Below, piece after piece: positions 41,037 through 51,300 of a DNA stretch of 64,000 nucleotides. Both the position numbers and the translations under genes were made by a program. Source of the stretch: a virus; the IMG/VR virus record IMGVR_UViG_3300022927_001696, positions 27,581 through 91,580 of that record; one strand, 5' to 3'. Position 1 is the stretch's first letter. Every line of letters begins with the position of its first letter. The notes under the pieces were generated by a model. The model had not been told where the DNA came from and ran no database searches. It saw only the letters and a list, made by a program, of their open reading frames with translations.

Positions 41037-42228
41037 AATGTCCTTAAATATAGGATCTAAAGTCCTTGAAAATGGAGTAACTGTTTTTTTTAAAGACGAG
41101 TTTAGTCCTTGTAGACTATACAATGATTTACCAAAAGGAGACTATATTATAATAGATTTTAGTTCCGTCTGGGAACAAGACTTTATGTTTTTTGCTATGA
41201 AAACTATAGAAAAAGCAAAAGAAATCTCCAGAAATGTTATAATGACATATCAAACAGAAGCATTTCATAGTAAATTTTGGGAATTCACGTGCCAAATTTT
41301 AGAGGATCAAGGATTCAACAGGGCAATGATTATAGATGCCGGAATAAATTTAGGTTTTGAAGGTTATGTTAATACAGGACATAGATTAAAAGTAGTACAT
41401 GTTCCTGCTTCACAATGGTTTGATTATTATACAGATATCGTACCTGATAATTCACTACATATGCAAGAATTTCAAGGAGATAGAAGTAAACATTTTATTT
41501 CTCTTGCGAGGTTTGCCAGAGCGGAAAGAATAGAATTTACAAACGAAATATTAGATAGTTTTTTAAGATACAAAGGCAGATTCAGTTGTGGATGGGGAGA
41601 TATGCAGGATAACCCTATGGTTTGGCATAAAGATTCTACAGTATGGAGTTTAATACCTAATCATCTTAGGAAATATTACCCAATTACATTAGGTGATAGT
41701 CTAGATGATCAACACAAATTAATGGATCATATTGCCGATAATGTTTTTAATGTTGTATTAGAAGCAGAGACTGGGCATAATCCAGCATGTTATAAAATAC
41801 AGAGTGACATACGAGCAACATGGGAAAGAACTGCGGGTAGATTTTTAACAGTTTATAGTGATAGAATAATGGCAACAGAAAAAACCACAAAGGTTTTTGC
41901 AATGAATCAGATTCCTTTATTTTTAGGTCCTCCTGCTATGGTGTTTACACTGGATCATTTAGGATTTGATATGTTTGATGATTTAGTGGATCATGATTAT
42001 GATAAAAAGGATTCTTTAGAAACAAGAAGTAAATTATTAATTAAAGAATTAAAGCGACTTTGTACTAAACCTTTATCAGAATTAAACGAGTTTTTAGAAG
42101 AAAACAAAGATAGATTAAAAGGTAATCAAGATCATTGCAAAGTTTTAGGTAATAGATTACATAGCAGAGCAATAAATTACACAAAAGAGTTTATTATAAA
42201 TGGAAACTTGGAATATAGAGAATTATAA
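41026..42228 (+). CDS. Putative glycosyltransferase-like protein; paralog of 24167..25402
   Basis: FNVVLEAE...ATEKTTKVF...PLFLG...LGFDMFDDLVDHDYD. Confidence 0.45.
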   Translation: MHIRMSLNIGSKVLENGVTVFFKDEFSPCRLYNDLPKGDYIIIDFSSVWEQDFMFFAMKTIEKAKEISRNVIMTYQTEAFHSKFWEFTCQILEDQGFNRAMIIDAGINLGFEGYVNTGHRLKVVHVPASQWFDYYTDIVPDNSLHMQEFQGDRSKHFISLARFARAERIEFTNEILDSFLRYKGRFSCGWGDMQDNPMVWHKDSTVWSLIPNHLRKYYPITLGDSLDDQHKLMDHIADNVFNVVLEAETGHNPACYKIQSDIRATWERTAGRFLTVYSDRIMATEKTTKVFAMNQIPLFLGPPAMVFTLDHLGFDMFDDLVDHDYDKKDSLETRSKLLIKELKRLCTKPLSELNEFLEENKDRLKGNQDHCKVLGNRLHSRAINYTKEFIINGNLEYREL

Positions 42229-43450
42229 AGACAGTGATGTAATGTGTATCCTACCCTGGATTCACATGCACCCGTGGCCAAACGGCAAAACTATGCTGTG
42301 TTGTGATTCTCCTTGGGAAGATCATATAGGTGATTTACGAGAAAGTAGTTTACAAGAAGTTTGGAATAGCGAAAAAATGAAGCAAGTTCGCTTAAACATG
42401 TTAAACGGTAAAAAGTGTTCGCAATGTGTACGTTGCTATGAGAAAGAAGAAAAAGGCCATGACAGTTTAAGAGTCAGAAGTAATCGAGATTGGTTAGAAC
42501 CTCATTGGGATAAAGTTGAAAAAACAAATGCAGACGGTAGTCTCGATGATCTACACATTGTATACTTAGACTTTAGATTTAGTAATGTATGTAACTTACG
42601 TTGTAGATATTGCGGACCTGAACTAAGCAGTAATTGGTATGCTGATGCTAAAGCAAGTACATTTAATATAAGTCCAACAGAACGTATCATACAAATTCGT
42701 AAAGACGTAGACGGCTTTATGGAAGAATTTGATCCTATGTTAGAACATATTGAACAAATATATTGGGCTGGCGGCGAACCTATATTAATGGACGAACATT
42801 GGGGTATAATGAACAGACTTGTAGAAATGGGTAAAACAGATATACGAATATTTTATAATACAAATTTTACAACATTAGAATACAAGGGGCAGAGTGTATT
42901 AGATTTATGGAAAAAATTTGAACATGTATGCATAGGAGCAAGTTTAGATGCAGAAGGTTCAAGAGGGGAATATCAACGAAAAGGTACTGTTTGGTCTGAT
43001 GTTATAAATAATATGGAAGAATTTAGAAAAGTCAATCACCTAACTAATAATCCTGCAAAAGACAAAGTTGTAGACTTCTACATAAGTGCAACTGTAAATG
43101 CCTATAATGCTTGGCACATAACAGATTTTCACAGAAACTGGGTTGATCAGGGGTACATATTACCCGGTGACTGGTATATGAATGTACTATTAAATAATCC
43201 ACGTTTTAGAATGAGTGTGTTACCTAAAGAATTTAAAGAAAAAATAAAAGAAAAATGGTTGGCACATTTAGAATGGCTAGAACCTTTAGATCATATAGGT
43301 AGAGCAACAGAAGGATATAAAAGTGCAATTAAATTTTTAGATGATGACGATACTGATCTTTGGCAGGAGTTTAAAGATTTTAATAAAGAGTTTGATAAGT
43401 TAAGAAATGAAACATTTGATGAAATATTTCCGGAGTTGGCAGAATTATGA
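42200..43450 (+). CDS. Radical SAM protein with N-terminal twitch domain (#6)
   Basis: MCILPW...LCC...IGDL...CVRC, then CNLRCRYC and GGEP. Confidence 0.9.
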   Translation: METWNIENYKDSDVMCILPWIHMHPWPNGKTMLCCDSPWEDHIGDLRESSLQEVWNSEKMKQVRLNMLNGKKCSQCVRCYEKEEKGHDSLRVRSNRDWLEPHWDKVEKTNADGSLDDLHIVYLDFRFSNVCNLRCRYCGPELSSNWYADAKASTFNISPTERIIQIRKDVDGFMEEFDPMLEHIEQIYWAGGEPILMDEHWGIMNRLVEMGKTDIRIFYNTNFTTLEYKGQSVLDLWKKFEHVCIGASLDAEGSRGEYQRKGTVWSDVINNMEEFRKVNHLTNNPAKDKVVDFYISATVNAYNAWHITDFHRNWVDQGYILPGDWYMNVLLNNPRFRMSVLPKEFKEKIKEKWLAHLEWLEPLDHIGRATEGYKSAIKFLDDDDTDLWQEFKDFNKEFDKLRNETFDEIFPELAEL

Positions 43451-44640
43451 GTAAGTATTTTTGTCCAATGCCGTTTGTAAATTTAGAAGCCAGAACTGAT
43501 GGCTCAATGTCTATCTGCTGTCAAATGGATGAGCTAATCAGTAAAGACGGCCAAAATTTATCTCTTACACACGATGTATTAACCGACGGCTGGAGAAGTG
43601 AATGGTTAGCAAATTTAAGAAAAGATTTTTTAGATGGTAAAAAACCTGCTTCTTGCTACAGTTGTTGGACTGCCGAGGATGCCGGAATAGACAGTAAACG
43701 TCAGAGAGCATTGAGAGACTTCCCTACAGCATTAGAAGAAGCATTGGAAAAGAAAGAACACATTAAACCAAAATCTATGGATTTAAAACTTGGTAATGTA
43801 TGTAATAATAAATGTAGAATTTGTAATAGTTTTGCAAGTAGTCTATGGGTACCAGAAGAGAAAAAACGAGATGGTACAAACAATTTGTTTTGGGATAGAA
43901 TGCGTACAGTGGGTAGATGGCCAGAAACAAATGAGGCATTTTGGGAAGACTTTGAAGAACTTAGTGATGACTTAGAAGTATTAGAATTTTATGGCGGTGA
44001 ACCATTATTAATAAAAAGACATTATGATATTTTACAGGATTTAGTTGATTCCGGTAAAAGTAAAGATATAAAATTATTGTATAATACAAATGGTTCAATA
44101 TATCCTGAGAGAGGATTAGAACTATGGCCTCACTTTAAACAAGTAATGTTAAGTTGGAGTTTTGATGGAGTAGGAGAGCAATTTGAATACATAAGGCATC
44201 CTGCTAAATGGAACGAGGTACAAGAAAATTTACAAAAAGTATTAGATAAAAATATACCAAATATATTTGTAGACATATGCTATACTGTGGGAATCTTTAA
44301 CATTTTTTATATGGAAGAAATTTTAGAATGGAGGGACAATTTTAAACCAGATCTTCCTATATATTTTAATCATGTTTATACGCCAGATCATTTTAGTTGC
44401 AAGGTATTACCTAAAGAAATAAAAGATAAAATTGTAGACAAGTATAAAGATAATACACATCCTGACATTGTGAGTTCTGTTAAATATTGTACAGATGTAG
44501 ATTATGATGTAAGTCTTATGGAAATGTTCTATAAACAGGTTAAGTTTAGTGATGAATTTAGAGGAGAAAATTTTGCTAAAACTTTTCCAGAATTTTATAA
44601 TTTATTAAAAGAATATGGTAATGCACCGGAGGACTTTTAA
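43447..44640 (+). CDS. Radical SAM protein with N-terminal twitch domain (#7)
   Basis: FCPMPF...ICC...CYSC, then CNNKCRIC and GGEP. Confidence 0.9.
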   Translation: MSKYFCPMPFVNLEARTDGSMSICCQMDELISKDGQNLSLTHDVLTDGWRSEWLANLRKDFLDGKKPASCYSCWTAEDAGIDSKRQRALRDFPTALEEALEKKEHIKPKSMDLKLGNVCNNKCRICNSFASSLWVPEEKKRDGTNNLFWDRMRTVGRWPETNEAFWEDFEELSDDLEVLEFYGGEPLLIKRHYDILQDLVDSGKSKDIKLLYNTNGSIYPERGLELWPHFKQVMLSWSFDGVGEQFEYIRHPAKWNEVQENLQKVLDKNIPNIFVDICYTVGIFNIFYMEEILEWRDNFKPDLPIYFNHVYTPDHFSCKVLPKEIKDKIVDKYKDNTHPDIVSSVKYCTDVDYDVSLMEMFYKQVKFSDEFRGENFAKTFPEFYNLLKEYGNAPEDF

Positions 44641-45263
44641 TGGATAAATTAATTTTAAAGTCTAAACTTAATAATAAACAACAACATATTTTGGGTAATA
44701 TTTTTGATTCTAATTTATACGAAGACTGGATTTATTATGATGAATCAGAAGCAAATAAAGATATTAAATCTACTGTTGAAGCAAGGGGAAGAAAATATCT
44801 AAACTTAAATGATATAGACAATAAGGAATTACAATCCGTATTAACAGAAATAAAAAAAGAATTATTTGAATCTAATGGATTTGATGAGTCAAAATTTAAA
44901 TTGATAGAGATTGATGAAGGAAAGGGTTTATACCCTACTATGCTTTCGTGTATATATAAAGTTGATGGACTACCTAATCATGGTGTACACACTCATAAAG
45001 ACTGGAGAGGTGCAAATGACGAAATGCAGGTAAGATTTAATTATCTTGTCAGGAAACCGGAAGAAGGGGGAGAACCTGTAATTAATAGAAGAGTAATTGA
45101 TTTACAGGAGAAAGAAGGTATGGTACTTTTTGCATCAGAATGGCTACATGCAGGTATGCCAGTAGAAGGTAGCAAAACAAGAATATTATTAAGTATTGGT
45201 TATCTTGTTGAAAACGAATATGCACAGGAATTAGAAAAGAGATTTAATTATGGAAGAATATAG
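44640..45263 (+). CDS. 2OG-Fe(II) oxygenase-like protein
   Basis: HKD (HxD), EEGGEP, distal H in WLHAGMPV, then R in KTRILLS. Confidence 0.7.
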   Translation: MDKLILKSKLNNKQQHILGNIFDSNLYEDWIYYDESEANKDIKSTVEARGRKYLNLNDIDNKELQSVLTEIKKELFESNGFDESKFKLIEIDEGKGLYPTMLSCIYKVDGLPNHGVHTHKDWRGANDEMQVRFNYLVRKPEEGGEPVINRRVIDLQEKEGMVLFASEWLHAGMPVEGSKTRILLSIGYLVENEYAQELEKRFNYGRI

Positions 45264-46557
45264 TAAAACATTTTGTCCTTATCCTTGGATATCGATAATG
45301 ACTCAACCTACTGGTACTGTTAGTTGGTGTTGTGTTGCGAGAGACAATTTTAAAAATGATGACAACACTATGTTCGACCTTAATAAGGGAGACAAAATAG
45401 AATCTGTCTGGAATAACAATCATATGCGTAAAATCCGTAAGCAAATGATAGAAGGCGATGTGGTAAAAGGTTGCGAACATTGTTATGATTTAGAAGATAT
45501 GGGTTTTCCTAGTTATAGAACAAACTATATCAGAGACTGGTTTGAATATAGCGGAAGAGGAGAGGAAATACATGAGATTATAGAACGCAGTATAAACAAC
45601 GACTATAAAGTAGAAGAATCTCCAATGTACTTGGATTTTAGGTTAGGCAATATGTGTAACCTGAAGTGTAGAATGTGTCAACCTCAAAATTCAAGTCAAA
45701 TACAAAAAGAATATAAAAAAATAGAAACTGCTGATCCAATGGCAGGAAAATTTATTAAGGACAATTTCACCTGGGGTCAATTTGTTGATCACTTAACGCC
45801 ATGGCAAGATGATCCGGAGTTTCTGCGTCAAGTAGAAGAATGGTTACCCAGTGTTAGTAAATTATATTTCACTGGAGGAGAGCCAACTATTATAGAACGT
45901 GTATATTGGATCATGGAAAAATGTGTTGAAATGGGTATAGCCCAAAATATTGAATTGGTATTTAATAGTAATATGACTAACGTTCAAGGAAGATTTTTAA
46001 ATTTAGTAGAGCAGTTTAAAAATGTTTTAATGTGTATAAGTGTTGATGCATACGGCAAAGAAAACGAATATATCCGTGGGGCGAGCCATTGGAAACAAGT
46101 AGATAAAAATATTAGAAAATATTGTGAAAGTGAAGTTGTAGGTAGAATTTTATTTTCACCAGTAATACAAGTTTATAATATTTTAACAATTACTAAATTA
46201 TTAGATTACTGTGAAGAATTAGAAGAAGAATACGGTAGAGAAATTTTTGTTACGTTTTTAATATGTGATTATCCAACAAGTTTAGATTTTAGAATCTGTC
46301 CGGAGCAAGTTAGAGAAGTTGCGGCAGGAAGATTAGAGCAATGGCTTAAACGCAGTAAAGTACTTGTAAACAGGCCTGAAAATGTACAAAGTATAGAAGC
46401 AACAATAAAGGCATTAAAAGAAAATCGTAAAGAGAATTGGAGACAAGAATTAAAGACTTTTCAAAAGTATACAAATTTATTAGACAAGCAAAGAGACGAA
46501 TGCATGGAAGATGCATTACCGGAATTATATAGATTAATGTATCAATCAAATAGGTAA
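45250..46557 (+). CDS. Radical SAM protein with N-terminal twitch domain (#8)
   Basis: FCPYPW...WCC...CEHC, then CNLKCRMC and TGGEP. Confidence 0.9.
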   Translation: MEEYSKTFCPYPWISIMTQPTGTVSWCCVARDNFKNDDNTMFDLNKGDKIESVWNNNHMRKIRKQMIEGDVVKGCEHCYDLEDMGFPSYRTNYIRDWFEYSGRGEEIHEIIERSINNDYKVEESPMYLDFRLGNMCNLKCRMCQPQNSSQIQKEYKKIETADPMAGKFIKDNFTWGQFVDHLTPWQDDPEFLRQVEEWLPSVSKLYFTGGEPTIIERVYWIMEKCVEMGIAQNIELVFNSNMTNVQGRFLNLVEQFKNVLMCISVDAYGKENEYIRGASHWKQVDKNIRKYCESEVVGRILFSPVIQVYNILTITKLLDYCEELEEEYGREIFVTFLICDYPTSLDFRICPEQVREVAAGRLEQWLKRSKVLVNRPENVQSIEATIKALKENRKENWRQELKTFQKYTNLLDKQRDECMEDALPELYRLMYQSNR

Positions 46558-46561
46558 TATT

Positions 46562-46684
46562 ATGGAAGAAAATAAAGATAAAAAAGAAATTAATGATGAA
46601 TTAGAATTGACTCCTGAAGAGGAAGAACAACTAAAAAAGAAATTAGAAGAATTAAGAAAAAGAGACCCTTTTATATATAGATGA
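46562..46684 (+). CDS. 40-aa acidic peptide ending RKRDPFIYR (not in ORF track)
   Basis: MEENKDKKEINDELELTPEEEEQLKKKLEELRKRDPFIYR*; ATGA overlap with the carbamoyltransferase. Confidence 0.7.
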   Translation: MEENKDKKEINDELELTPEEEEQLKKKLEELRKRDPFIYR

Positions 46685-48195
46685 GAATATTAGGTTTAAG
46701 TTTTGGATTTCATGATGCAGGAGTCTGTATGCTTGATAACGAAACCATAGAATTTGCAAGTCATAGTGAAAGATATAGTAAAATAAAAAACGATCCTTGG
46801 CTAAACCATGAAATAATTGCAGATGCTATTGCAGGCGGTAAACCTGATGTTATAGTCTTACATGAAAAAGCATGGGCCAAACGTGCAAGAAATATATATG
46901 CAGGTAATTGGTCGGCATTCAAGGAACCTACACAAACAGAATGGATTAAAAAGTTTTATCCAGAACTAAAAGATATACCTATTGTAGATTATTGGCATCA
47001 CGAAACACATGCGGCCGCAGGTGTACTAACAAGCAAGTTTGATAATGCAACGGTAATGGTTATAGATGCTATAGGAGAATTTGATACTGCAACTATTTGG
47101 GATTGGAATTGTGGTATACTAGAAAAGAAAGATAGTGTAAAGTTTCCTAACAGTATAGGATTATTTTATAGTGCCATAACAGCTCTAGTTGGATTGAAAC
47201 CAATGGAAGATGAATATATACTTATGGGCATGGCCGCATACGGTGAACCTAAGTATGCCAAATATTTAGAAAAAACTTTGTTTAAAAACAACACATTAAA
47301 AACAAGAAAAAATTTACAAAGAGGATTACCAAAGAATTTTTTAAATAGAGATCAATACACTACAGTAGATGAATTTGGGCATACAAAAATAGACTACGAT
47401 ATAGCCGCAAGTGCTCAAAAAGTAGTAGAAGATAAAGTTATGGCATACGCCAGAAAAGCAAAAAAGATTGCAAAACACAAAAATTTAGTTTTTATGGGTG
47501 GTGTATCATTAAATTGTGTAGCAAATAGTTTGTTACATAATCTTTTTGATAACATTTATATAATGCCTAACCCGGGTGACTGCGGAAGTAGTTTAGGGGC
47601 GGCGGCATTGTATCTGTATAACGAAACAGGCAAGTTAGTTAATTGGCATGATCCATATTTAGGATATAATATAGAGGGTAAATATCCTATTGAAAAATCA
47701 CTAGAAAGTTTAAGAGCGGGGGAAATATTTGGTATAGCGAATGGTAGAGCAGAATTTGGGCCTAGAGCATTAGGTAATAGGACATTGTGTTCCGATCCTA
47801 GAGGAAGTACAATTAAGGACAAAATGAATGTTATTAAAAAACGACAAAAGTTTAGACCATTTGCACCAATGATTTTAGAGGAGCATGTACACGAATATTT
47901 TGAAATGCCAGGAGGTATTTCACATGCACCTTACATGCAGTTTGTAGCAAAGTGCAAAAAGCCAGAAGAGTTTCCTGCCATTGTACATAAAGACGGAACA
48001 AGTCGAGTACAAACAGTTAGACGCAGTGAACACCCTGAATTACATAAATTATTAACTCTCTTTTACAAAGAAACTGGTTGCCCTATGCTTGTAAATACAA
48101 GTTTAAATATTAAGGGTCAACCTATAGTTAATGACGAAAAAGATGCAGAAACATTTGCAAAGCATTACGGAGTAAAAGTACATGTCAGAGATTAA
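46681..48195 (+). CDS. Carbamoyltransferase, NodU/CmcH family
   Basis: ILGLSFGFHDAG, ERYSKIKND, HHETHAA, DAIGE, GRAEFGPRALGNR, RPFAP, VHKDGTSRVQTV, NTSLN. Confidence 0.93.
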   Translation: MRILGLSFGFHDAGVCMLDNETIEFASHSERYSKIKNDPWLNHEIIADAIAGGKPDVIVLHEKAWAKRARNIYAGNWSAFKEPTQTEWIKKFYPELKDIPIVDYWHHETHAAAGVLTSKFDNATVMVIDAIGEFDTATIWDWNCGILEKKDSVKFPNSIGLFYSAITALVGLKPMEDEYILMGMAAYGEPKYAKYLEKTLFKNNTLKTRKNLQRGLPKNFLNRDQYTTVDEFGHTKIDYDIAASAQKVVEDKVMAYARKAKKIAKHKNLVFMGGVSLNCVANSLLHNLFDNIYIMPNPGDCGSSLGAAALYLYNETGKLVNWHDPYLGYNIEGKYPIEKSLESLRAGEIFGIANGRAEFGPRALGNRTLCSDPRGSTIKDKMNVIKKRQKFRPFAPMILEEHVHEYFEMPGGISHAPYMQFVAKCKKPEEFPAIVHKDGTSRVQTVRRSEHPELHKLLTLFYKETGCPMLVNTSLNIKGQPIVNDEKDAETFAKHYGVKVHVRD

Positions 48196-48379
48196 TTGGC
48201 ATAATATACAACGCAAACTAGAAGGCAGATGTCACATGTGCGGTGGTGAATTACCTGATCATAGAGGCGTATGTCCTGTGTACGGAGAAGAACTTAAGAA
48301 AAGATATGACTCCTTAAATGAATCTGTAAAAAAAATAAGTGATATAGCACAAGATATAATAAAGAAGCATAATGTTTGA
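48182..48379 (+). CDS. Small Zn-ribbon-like protein
   Basis: CHMCGGELPDHRGVCP; overlaps both neighbours. Confidence 0.55.
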   Translation: MSEINWHNIQRKLEGRCHMCGGELPDHRGVCPVYGEELKKRYDSLNESVKKISDIAQDIIKKHNV

Positions 48380-51300
48380 TATATTCTATATAGGCAAAAA
48401 CGAAACATTAGAGAAAGACTTTCCTTTCGCTAAACAAGTACCGAGCCATGAAGATATAAATCCTATTACAAAGATGTATTGGGTGGTGGAACCTAATATA
48501 GAAGTAATAGATTCAGAAGTTTTTAATTATAGACCTGAAAGTTTTGATATGGAATATAAACATATATGGAAATGGGACGATCAAAATTATGGTGGTATAT
48601 CATTAATACCAAAAAATAAAACAGAAGGTATAAAAGAAATTAATAAAGTAGTTTGTAAAAAATCTTTTACAAAATTAAATACTAAGACACCAGGAAAATA
48701 CTTTGAAAATAACCCCTACGCAACCCATGTTTGGTGTATTGATCCTGAATACAAATTGCCTGAGGATTTAAATTGGGCACCTAACAATTTTGAACCTAAC
48801 TTTATACATAGTTTTCATTTAAGAGGACAATTAGAGCATAAGTATCCTGCAGAAGAAGGAGGTATCAAACTTTATCCTAGAAACTGGAAAGAATGCGATA
48901 CAAAATATCATAATTTTTTAAATGCAAGTGCAACATATCCTGTATTTTATGTTAAAGATGTAGAAGATTATTCTCAACGTAAAATATTTACAGATGATTA
49001 TGTGTGGCTTATTGATTCACAATATAAGATAAACGCAGGTACTCTAGATTGGGTTCCAAATCCTTTTGAGGACACAATGATACATGTATTTAAAATGCCA
49101 TATCAATTACAAGAAAAATATCCTATGGCAATGGGCGGTATAAGACTCGTACCTAAAAAATGGCATGAAGCAGAAACAAAAATACATCCTGCTTGTCCTG
49201 TAGAAGATGAAAGTTATGACGTATTCTATGTAGATGAAGATGAGTTTACGGCTGAATCATATACAGAATGTGCCGAACGTAGTAAAACAGATTGGTTCTG
49301 GGTAGTAGACAGAGAGTTTCAATTTAACGGAAAACTATTATATGTACCTGCTATACACGAAAGAGATTATATACATGTATTTAAGGTCCCGGGACATTTA
49401 GAAGAAAGATATCCACCCGATTATACAGACGCATGGGATAATCGATGTGGCGGTATTAGACTTGTACATAAAGAGTTTGATTTCACTAAACACAAATATC
49501 AAAAAGATATTGTGCCTGTTAGGTATGATATTTTTTATACAGATAATATAAATGATTATGAATCAGCGGCTAGAAAGAGTAGAACAAAAATGTTTTGGTT
49601 AGTTGACAACGAGCACGAACTAAATGATGTTTTTAAATATGTTCCTGCTAAGTACGATCAAAAAACAATACAAGTATTTAAAATACCTAACCAGTTAGAA
49701 CATAAGTATCCAAAAAGTATTACTAATATAAGCGACAATAGATGTGGTGGTGTTAAGTTAGTACCTAAAGCATATAATACTGACAGCATTAAATATGTTG
49801 CTACTAATCCTACTAGCGATAGAAGTTACCCAGTTATTAAAGTTGATAACGTTGACGAGTATACAGAAGTATTTCAAGACTGTTGGATTGTTGACCGTGA
49901 GTACGAAATAAATCAAAAGATTGAATGGGCACCACCATTGTTTCAACAAAATTGCATTCATACATTTCATGTTGGAGATCAACTAAGACATAAGTATCCT
50001 GAAAGCATAGGTGGACTTAGATGGGTACCAGTAGATTGGAGTGGCGACATAGTCATACATGCAGAAATGCTAAATGCTATACCAGAGTATCCTATTTACT
50101 TTGTAGATGACCCCTCAATAAATCCTAAAAAAGATCACAGTTGTTGGGTAGCAGATAAATCATACCGCTTAGATGAAAGTATAAAATGGGCACCAAGTTC
50201 CTTTGACATAGACAAAGTTCATGTTTTTCATGTACACAATCAATTAACAAACAAATATCCAGAAGAAATGGGAGGCTTATATTGGTATCCTGATAGCAGT
50301 ACAGAAGAATTAAAAATACATAAAGAACCTTTAGTTATAAATGCCAAAACATTCCCGGTATATAGAGTAAGTAATCCAAGTGACTATAACGATATTACAG
50401 AAGATTGCTGGTTAGTGGACGAAGAGTATGTGTTAGATGATAATGATTTTAAATTTATTCCATGGCAGAACGAAAACGAAAAAGACCAAATACATGTTTA
50501 TCAAGTTAGCGGACAGTTAGAGCATAAGTATCCAGATGAGATGGGAGGTATATATTGGGTACCTGCTAATCATAAAGATAGCAAATTAAATATTCATAAC
50601 ACAACACCATTTGGAGAACAACTTACATTTCCTGTGTTTGAATCTGAAGAGCAAGGCCGTATAAAAACTTCAACTAGTTGGTTTTGGGTTATAGATCCAG
50701 ATGTAAATGTACTTGAAACTTTTGATTTTAGGTTTGTACCTAAAATTTGGGATAATGGAAAAACACATGTATGGCAAAAACTAAATCCAATTACGGGTAG
50801 GCAGTACGATTACGGTGGTGTAATGTTATGTCCTAAAGTAGCACAGACAAAGGGTAGACCGAAATATATTAGGGAACCTGCATGTACACAAAAAGAATAT
50901 CCAGTGTATAAGTTACAGGCAGATGACTATAAAGACGGCTTACAGAAGGTCTATGAGCGTCTAGCAGGGGATTGTGCAACAGATATGTATTGGATTGTAG
51001 ATGCTTACACCCAAATAGATCAAGATTTTAAATTTGATTATTATCCAACACAATGGGATAAAAAGAACGTTCATATATGGCAAAACGAGGATGGAGAATT
51101 TAGAAATATTAGATTAGTACCTAAAGAAACATTTTTAGATAGACAATATACTGATAAAGAGATTGCTAACAATAGTTTTGAACATCTAAAATTAATAAAT
51201 ACTATAGCAAGCCTTAAGCCTAAATGGCCAGTTATCCACTTGCAGAGTTTAGAACGCAAAGAGTTTATAAACGCGATAAAGGACATAGAAACCCCCTTTG

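Noticed and set aside
31485-46557. Cellular RiPP or cofactor (PQQ, Moco, anaerobic sulfatase maturase) gene cluster
   Set aside because: Phage structural context, N-terminal twitch architecture, and no RRE/PqqD, transporter, protease or sulfatase genes.
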